Shown: positions 58,380-64,000 of the stretch, piece after piece | Numbering within the stretch: the first letter of the stretch is position 1 | How the letters are laid out: each line of letters starts with the position of its first letter | From: an uncultured Clostridia bacterium | Lineage (GTDB): Bacteria; Bacillota; Clostridia; Christensenellales; UBA1242 | DNA length: 64,000 nt | Direction of reading: 5' to 3' | NCBI GenBank assembly: GCA_947053595.1 | Contig: CAMRSX010000002.1 | Span: 39,071 to 103,070, forward strand | Translations under genes and position numbers: made by a program | The notes under the pieces: model-generated | Told to the model about the DNA's origin: nothing | Databases searched by the model: none | The model's input: only the letters and a program-made list of their open reading frames with translations

Positions 58380-60953
58380 TCAAGCATCTGCAAGTTCTTT
58401 TTTGACGTGTTGCTCAAAAGCAGCAATCAAGCTGTTTCCAAAGCCTACATTTGTGATTTCATACACTTTAAAGTCCTCTGGAAGCTCTTTAAGCACATCC
58501 ACTTTCAAGTTTGCCATTCTCTCTTTGTCCAAATTTTCATCTGGGAAGAAAAGAATGGATTCTTCCTTTGCAAAAAAGATGTATAAGCCTTTGTCATCAA
58601 ACCTTATATCTGTGCCAATGGCTTCGCCTCTAAGTTTATTGACATCCATGATTGTAAGGATGTTCATTGCACATTTTGCAACTGCCTGAGCCTTCATGGT
58701 GCTGCTTGGAATGAACATTTCGTCATCGTCCTCCTGCTTAATTCCAGCAGCTTCCAGTGCTGAAGCGGACACATGAATGTTTGGCGCTTTGTTGACAAGC
58801 AAGTGATTTGTTTTCATCTTTTGCACAGCGTCTTTGGATAAGCAATATCCCTTTTGCATCAGGCTTTCCAGCGCCAGCATCAAGTTTTGAGAGTGGAAGG
58901 TTTTGTTTCCATAAACACCATCCAAAAGTTGATTTGGAACAACAATTTCAAGATTTTCTTTCAAAACCTCTTCTGCGTCCAGCATCATCTGCGAAACAAC
59001 AGCATTAAACTTAAGTTCTGGCAATGTGTAAACACTTGTCACAACGGCTGGGCAAATTTCCGTAAAAGCAAGATATGTGTTTTCTTTCAGGCAACTTTCA
59101 AACTTGTCCAGTTGCTCGCTGATTTTTTTGAGGTTGTTGAAGCCATTTGCCAATTTCTTTGTTGCGGCGTTGAAGATTGATGAAAAGTTTCTCATCTGAA
59201 TGCCAAACTCTTTCTGTGCAGAAAGATAATCTGCATCTGTTTCGCGGGCAAAAATCATGACATCCAGCTTGTCAAACATTTCGTGCAATTTTGTCATTGC
59301 GTTTTCCACAAGTTTGAAGTTGACATTTTCGCATACATCCATCAAATCGTTGTAAAGCGTGCGGAAGAACTGCAAATTAAATTTTTTCTCTGCCTGCCCC
59401 TCGCCTTTAACAAGGTCATAAGCCACTTCAATTCTGTCCAAAATTTCAAACATTGGATGACGATATTTCTTGCTTTTTAAATCTTCCAGCGCATAAGAGA
59501 TGTCTTCTTCCATGTCTTTAGAGCTTTCCAGCAGCCCTTCAAACATGCTTTTGATTTTGCTGCTTTGTGCAGCGGACATGTCGTCCAAAATGGCCTGAGC
59601 TTCACTTTCGTTCATTCCCACAGGCACTTTTTCCAGTTTAATTCTTTCTCTCTTGACAGTTGAGTTTCTGGATGCGGTTTCTTTTTGAGAAGTCCCCATA
59701 ATGGACTCGCCTTTTTTCAGATTTTCCAAAACTCTTGAAGGATGTGAAAGGAAATATTCGCGATATTTTTTGCCAGTCTTGCGCTCTTCCAGCGTCAGCT
59801 TTGCAAGAAGTCCGTCCAAAAGCTTATAGTCCATGGAAAGAATGTAAGGATTTGTGATGCACTTCAAAAGATTTTCAGCGCCAATTTTGTGCTTACTTAA
59901 AACCTCTTTTGTGCGCATCATATATTGCATTCTGTCACTGCTGATGTTGTTGATGCTGATGAGGTTTTTATAATCACTGCAAAATGCGTGTGCCTGCGTT
60001 TTGGCAAAATCTGCTGGCTTGTTTAAGGCGTTTTCAGACAGAATCTGCTGAAAGCACTCAAAAAGTTTCTCTTCAAAATCGGCAATCTTCTTTGGAGAAA
60101 CCGTCAAAATTGAAGGTGCATCTTTAATATACTTAATCAAATCCAGTTTTGTCACATTTTCGTTGAGGCAATTTGCCAACAAAAATTTGATGTTCTTTTC
60201 AATTCGCTCTGGCCCAACTGTCAGCAAACTTGGCAGCGAAAGAATGATGTCGCGAGGCTTGGTTATGTAACTTCCATTTTCGTCCTTAAAATAATCGTTT
60301 AAGCTTTCGTCATAAACCAAATCGCTCAAAATGTCCAGTGTGCGCTGAATGTTGTCGGCAGACAAATCGCATGCAATGGTTGCGCACTTTTCAAACATTG
60401 CCTTCACAAGTTTTTCATCAAACAAGGTTGAGGTGCTTTTGTCCACTTTGTCCACATATTTTTCTTTCACAAGCGCTTCAACGCTCTCTTGAAACCTCTC
60501 AGCAACACTTTTGTCATCTTTTCTTCTTATGCTGCTGTTGGCAAAATCAAAGTTTTTCATGATTGCCAAGGCATAAGGGTCAATTTTCAGCTTCTTTGCC
60601 TCTTCCAGCATATCAAAAAACTCTTGCTCGATATAGCCATTCTTTTTGGAATAATAGTCCACTGTGCTTCGGATGACAGTCTTTGCAAACTCGCGGCGTT
60701 TTTCGCTGCACTTAAAGCCGCCGTCCAATTTGACAAACTTGTCATAAACATCAGAAAGCCTTTCCACAATGTTTCTGTCGTTGGTGGCAAAAATCTTTGA
60801 AATGGCATCTTTGATGTCACTTGCCCTAAAACGGAAATGCTTGTTGAAAGTGATTTCAAAATCTTCTGCAAACAATCTGACATCATCTTCTGTCATGTCA
60901 AGTTTTCTGTTTTTTTCCAAAATGCTTTGTATGTCTTGTTGTGAAAGCAACAT
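58380..60953 (-). CDS. Large helical hypothetical protein with mTERF-like repeats
   Basis: AAGGAG RBS and TTGACT…TACAAT promoter; repeats IILSLPSLLTVGPERIEKNIKFL, YIKDAPSILTVSPKKI, CITNPYILSMD. Confidence 0.8.
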   Translation of the reverse strand: MLLSQQDIQSILEKNRKLDMTEDDVRLFAEDFEITFNKHFRFRASDIKDAISKIFATNDRNIVERLSDVYDKFVKLDGGFKCSEKRREFAKTVIRSTVDYYSKKNGYIEQEFFDMLEEAKKLKIDPYALAIMKNFDFANSSIRRKDDKSVAERFQESVEALVKEKYVDKVDKSTSTLFDEKLVKAMFEKCATIACDLSADNIQRTLDILSDLVYDESLNDYFKDENGSYITKPRDIILSLPSLLTVGPERIEKNIKFLLANCLNENVTKLDLIKYIKDAPSILTVSPKKIADFEEKLFECFQQILSENALNKPADFAKTQAHAFCSDYKNLISINNISSDRMQYMMRTKEVLSKHKIGAENLLKCITNPYILSMDYKLLDGLLAKLTLEERKTGKKYREYFLSHPSRVLENLKKGESIMGTSQKETASRNSTVKRERIKLEKVPVGMNESEAQAILDDMSAAQSSKIKSMFEGLLESSKDMEEDISYALEDLKSKKYRHPMFEILDRIEVAYDLVKGEGQAEKKFNLQFFRTLYNDLMDVCENVNFKLVENAMTKLHEMFDKLDVMIFARETDADYLSAQKEFGIQMRNFSSIFNAATKKLANGFNNLKKISEQLDKFESCLKENTYLAFTEICPAVVTSVYTLPELKFNAVVSQMMLDAEEVLKENLEIVVPNQLLDGVYGNKTFHSQNLMLALESLMQKGYCLSKDAVQKMKTNHLLVNKAPNIHVSASALEAAGIKQEDDDEMFIPSSTMKAQAVAKCAMNILTIMDVNKLRGEAIGTDIRFDDKGLYIFFAKEESILFFPDENLDKERMANLKVDVLKELPEDFKVYEITNVGFGNSLIAAFEQHVKKELADA

Positions 60954-61020
60954 CTTTTTTCTCCTTAAAATAATACACTTTATTGTAACACAAAAACACA
61001 AAAAGTCAAGGGGCAAAAAA

Positions 61021-61067
61021 TAAAAATATATGGTGTATTATGTTGCGTAATACACCATATATTGTGG
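61021..61067. repeat. Dispersed paired-palindrome element, copy 8 (spacing 31)
   Basis: TAAAAATATATGGTGT-ATTATGTTGCGTAAT-ACACCATATATTGTGG just after the proS stop. Confidence 0.8.
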
Positions 61068-61071
61068 CAAA

Positions 61072-62796
61072 TTATTTTTCAATCTCTTCAATTTCGTCGC
61101 GAATCAGCACTTTCAGCTCTGAAATCAGCTCTCCCATTGGAATGAAAAGCTGCTCTCCTGTTGCCCTGATTGTCACCTCAGCCTGCCCATTTGCAATGGT
61201 TTTTGGGCTGACGACAACTCTGATTGGCATGCCCATAAGCTCGCTGTCTGTCAGCTTGATGCCTGCAGAGAGGTTGCGGTCGTCAAACAGCACTTCAATG
61301 CCAGCGTCCAACATGTTTTTGTAAAGCTCGTCAGACACCGCGCTAACATTTTCGTTGTCCAACCTGATTGGACAAAAGTGCACTTGCCATGGCGCAATGG
61401 TCATTGGCCAAACCAAGCCTTTTTCGTCTGCCTTTTCTTCAATTATGCTGGCAAGTGAGCGCCCCACGCCAATGCCATAGCAGCCCATGATTGGCTCTTT
61501 GTTGCTGCCGTCTGGCATTGTCACCTTCATGCCCATTGGCTTTGTGTATTTTGTGCCAAGCTGAAAGATGTTTCCAATTTCAATGCCGCGCGTGAGAGTG
61601 AGTTTCTGTCCGCAATGCACACACTTTTCGCCTTCTTTCACCAGTGCAACATCCACAAAGGTTGTTTGTGGCAAATCTCTTGAAAAACTGCAATGCACAA
61701 TGTGAAACTCTGGCTTGTTGGCGCCCGTAACAAAGTTTTGCAAGTTTTGCAGTGTCTTGTCAAAAAACACAAAACTGCCCTCTGGCACATTCAAGTTGAT
61801 GCAACCAATGTTGCCTGCGCACAGCCCAAACTCTTCCACATCCACTGGCAAAAGCTCGCTTTGCACCAGTTTTTGAAGCTTTGTTTCATTCACTTCAGCA
61901 TCGCCACGAAGGAAGACAATCACAAGTTTGCCTTCTGTTTCGGTTTTAAAGCAAACCGCCTTGCAAGCGTGCTTGGCGTCCGTTTCCAAAAAGGCACAAA
62001 CATCCTCAATGGTGTGGGCATTTCCTGTGAAAATTTCTTCTTTTTCGCCGGCAATTTGGGTGTCGTTTTCTTCTTTTTCAGAGGTTGCAACTTCCATGTT
62101 GCTGGAGTGTCCGCAATGTGGGCAAATCACCAAACTGTCCTCTCCCGCAGGTGTGACAGCCATATATTCGTGTGAAATCTTGCCGCCCATCATGCCGTTG
62201 TCGCCTTCCACCACAACAAAGTTTTTAAAGCCAATGCGCTTATATATGCGCTTGTATGCGTCATACACTTTTTTATAAAAATTGTCCAAATCTTCTTGCG
62301 ATGAGTGGAAAGAATATGCGTCCTTCATCGTGAACTCTCTCACCCTGATAAGCCCGCCTCTTGACCTTGCCTCGTCGCGAAACTTGGTTTGAATTTGATA
62401 TATCAGAAATGGCAGCTGGTCGTGGCTTTTCACGGTGTTAAGCGCCATATGCACGGCTGCTTCTTCATGCGTCATGCCAAGCACCATGTCATGTCCGGTT
62501 CTGTCCTTAAAGCGCACCATTTCGCTTTTTATGGAGCCATATCTTCCGCTCAGTTCCCAAAGCTCGCGTGGCATAACCACAGGAAACAAAACTTCTTGCC
62601 CGCCAAGCTTGTTCATCTCTTCGCGGATGATGTTTTGAATTTTCAAACTCACCTTTTGCGCTGGTGGCAACAAAGAAAAAATCCCCGCGCTGACTTGCTT
62701 AATAAAGCCCGCACGCAGCAGCAAAATGTGGCTTTTGATGCTTGCCCCAGCTGGAGCCTCTTTAATTCTTTCTCCCACAATTTTTGAAAGTTTCAT
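61072..62796 (-). CDS. proS: Prolyl-tRNA synthetase (bacterial type with editing domain)
   Basis: LGMTHEE, YQIQTKFRDE, RVREFTMKDAYSF, GNIFQLGTKY, MGCYGIG. Confidence 0.98.
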   Translation of the reverse strand: MKLSKIVGERIKEAPAGASIKSHILLLRAGFIKQVSAGIFSLLPPAQKVSLKIQNIIREEMNKLGGQEVLFPVVMPRELWELSGRYGSIKSEMVRFKDRTGHDMVLGMTHEEAAVHMALNTVKSHDQLPFLIYQIQTKFRDEARSRGGLIRVREFTMKDAYSFHSSQEDLDNFYKKVYDAYKRIYKRIGFKNFVVVEGDNGMMGGKISHEYMAVTPAGEDSLVICPHCGHSSNMEVATSEKEENDTQIAGEKEEIFTGNAHTIEDVCAFLETDAKHACKAVCFKTETEGKLVIVFLRGDAEVNETKLQKLVQSELLPVDVEEFGLCAGNIGCINLNVPEGSFVFFDKTLQNLQNFVTGANKPEFHIVHCSFSRDLPQTTFVDVALVKEGEKCVHCGQKLTLTRGIEIGNIFQLGTKYTKPMGMKVTMPDGSNKEPIMGCYGIGVGRSLASIIEEKADEKGLVWPMTIAPWQVHFCPIRLDNENVSAVSDELYKNMLDAGIEVLFDDRNLSAGIKLTDSELMGMPIRVVVSPKTIANGQAEVTIRATGEQLFIPMGELISELKVLIRDEIEEIEK

Positions 62797-62996
62797 CTCT
62801 CTTCCTCCGTAAATCCGTCAAGCTCTCTCTTGATTTCATAAAGCTTGCCAGTGGTTTTTTTCAGCTCTTCTTGCGCAAACTTCGCCAAAAAGCTGGCGCG
62901 CTCAAACAGCGTTTGTGCCTCTTTCAACGGCAAATTTTCGCTTTCCAACTTTCCAACAATTTCTTCCAGTTCTTTCAGCGCTTCTTCATAGTTCAT
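62793..62996 (-). CDS. xseB: Exodeoxyribonuclease VII small subunit
   Basis: YEEALKELEEIVGKLE…LPL; follows xseA. Confidence 0.93.
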   Translation of the reverse strand: MNYEEALKELEEIVGKLESENLPLKEAQTLFERASFLAKFAQEELKKTTGKLYEIKRELDGFTEEER

Positions 62997-63022
62997 TGTT
63001 TTTCCTCCATTCTTCAAAGCTT

Positions 63023-64000
63023 TCAGTTTTGATTGATTTTAATGTCAACTCGCCCATCCACAAAGTTGATTTCCACCGTCTTGTTCAAATCCAACTCGCC
63101 TCGCTTTGCAATTGTCTTGCCCGCTTGCTCTATTTTAGCATATCCAAGGCTTAAGATGTCAAGCGGATTAAGTTTTTTCAGCGCCAGAAGTTTCAGCTCC
63201 AGAGCGTGGCTTGTTTCCGTCACAAAGCGCTCCAAACAACCAGCCACATTTTGCGAAAGTTTTTCCAGTTTTCTTGCCCTCCTGTCTGCTTGCGCTTGCA
63301 TCAAAAACATGGCTTGCTGTTGCAGCTCTTGAAGCTGCGTTGTTTTGTCTGCAACAATGCCGTCCAAAAGTCTGGAAAGCCGCTCAACTTCTCGCTTGAA
63401 AGTGGAGTGCAAATTGGCGGTGTCTTTGGTGAGAAGCTCGGCTGCCGCACTTGGCGTTGGAGCCCGCAAATCTGCCGCAAAATCCGAAATTGTGAAGTCT
63501 GTTTCGTGACCAACTGCCGAAACAATGGGCTTGTTGCACGCAAAAATTGCCCGTGCAATGATTTCGGTGTTGTAGGCTGCAAGGTCTTCCAAACTGCCGC
63601 CGCCTCTTGCCACCACCACAACATCCACACCGTCATAGTCCGAAAAAAAGTTGATGCCATCTGCAATTTCTCGCTCGGCGTCTTTGCCCTGAACTTTGGT
63701 GTGAAAAAGCACAATGTCCACGCCGGCGTTTCGCCTCCATGTGACATTTTTGATGTCTTGAATCACCGCTCCGTCGCGAGATGTCACCACGCCAATTCTT
63801 TTCACCACAGAAGGAATGGCTTTTTTGTGAGCCTCATCAAAAAGCCCCTCTTTTGTCAGCTTGTCCTTCAAAATCAAAAAGTTTTTAAACAGCATTCCCA
63901 GCCCAAACGCTTCCACGCCAGACACCAAAAAACTGAATCTGCCGCCCTTGACATAAAAATTTGGCGAGCCCGTCACAACCACCTGCTCACCTTCCACAAT
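63023..64000 (-). CDS. xseA: Exodeoxyribonuclease VII large subunit (5' end outside window)
   Basis: RIGVVTS, ARGGGSLEDL, SAVGHETD, APTPSAAAE. Confidence 0.97.
   Translation of the reverse strand: MVEGEQVVVTGSPNFYVKGGRFSFLVSGVEAFGLGMLFKNFLILKDKLTKEGLFDEAHKKAIPSVVKRIGVVTSRDGAVIQDIKNVTWRRNAGVDIVLFHTKVQGKDAEREIADGINFFSDYDGVDVVVVARGGGSLEDLAAYNTEIIARAIFACNKPIVSAVGHETDFTISDFAADLRAPTPSAAAELLTKDTANLHSTFKREVERLSRLLDGIVADKTTQLQELQQQAMFLMQAQADRRARKLEKLSQNVAGCLERFVTETSHALELKLLALKKLNPLDILSLGYAKIEQAGKTIAKRGELDLNKTVEINFVDGRVDIKINQN

Noticed and set aside
1250-61067. CRISPR array or ordinary terminators as the explanation of the palindromic repeat
   Set aside because: Copies are isolated and degenerate, with no spacers or cas genes; stems are AT-rich without consistent T-tails and several lie inside operons
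61021-61067. Classical NrdR regulon as the full explanation
   Set aside because: Box and 31-bp spacing fit, but no nrd or nucleotide-metabolism gene is adjacent and many copies are not at promoters; NrdR is kept only as a candidate binder

Overview
Chromosomal segment of a Clostridia-like bacterium (inferred from the T-box, the L20 leader, spoIVB, rny and the comM-dprA-topA-trmFO-hslVU order). Most of it is housekeeping: pheST, iscS-thiI, argR-recN, spoIVB, an XerS-like recombinase, tig-clpP-clpX, rny plus a probable 6S RNA, comM-dprA-topA-trmFO*-hslVU, tcdA, trxA, iscS-iscU, tgt-queA-ruvBAC-yebC, infC-rpmI-rplT, proS and xseBA. Coding flips from mostly + to exclusively - at about 34.4-34.9 kb, which suggests the replication terminus region. 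Four things stand out. (1) Eight dispersed intergenic sites of paired 16-bp NrdR-box-like palindromes with TATGCA/TGCATA inner arms, spaced 31-34 or 43-44 bp apart. The densest cluster lies just upstream of the promoter of a PadR-wHTH/long disordered linker/4-TM protein. (2) Two related 27-bp dif-like sites, one inside the leaderless promoter of the XerS-like gene and one at the strand switch. (3) A 14-kb operon encoding Ig-repeat surface proteins, one ending in a Hedgehog-like Hint domain, then a membrane-anchored 2146-aa polymorphic toxin with a WHH-like nuclease tip, then three candidate immunity genes. (4) A full-length TrmFO lacking its catalytic motifs, and a large protein with mTERF-like repeats. 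All family assignments are from motif recognition by eye; no searches were run.
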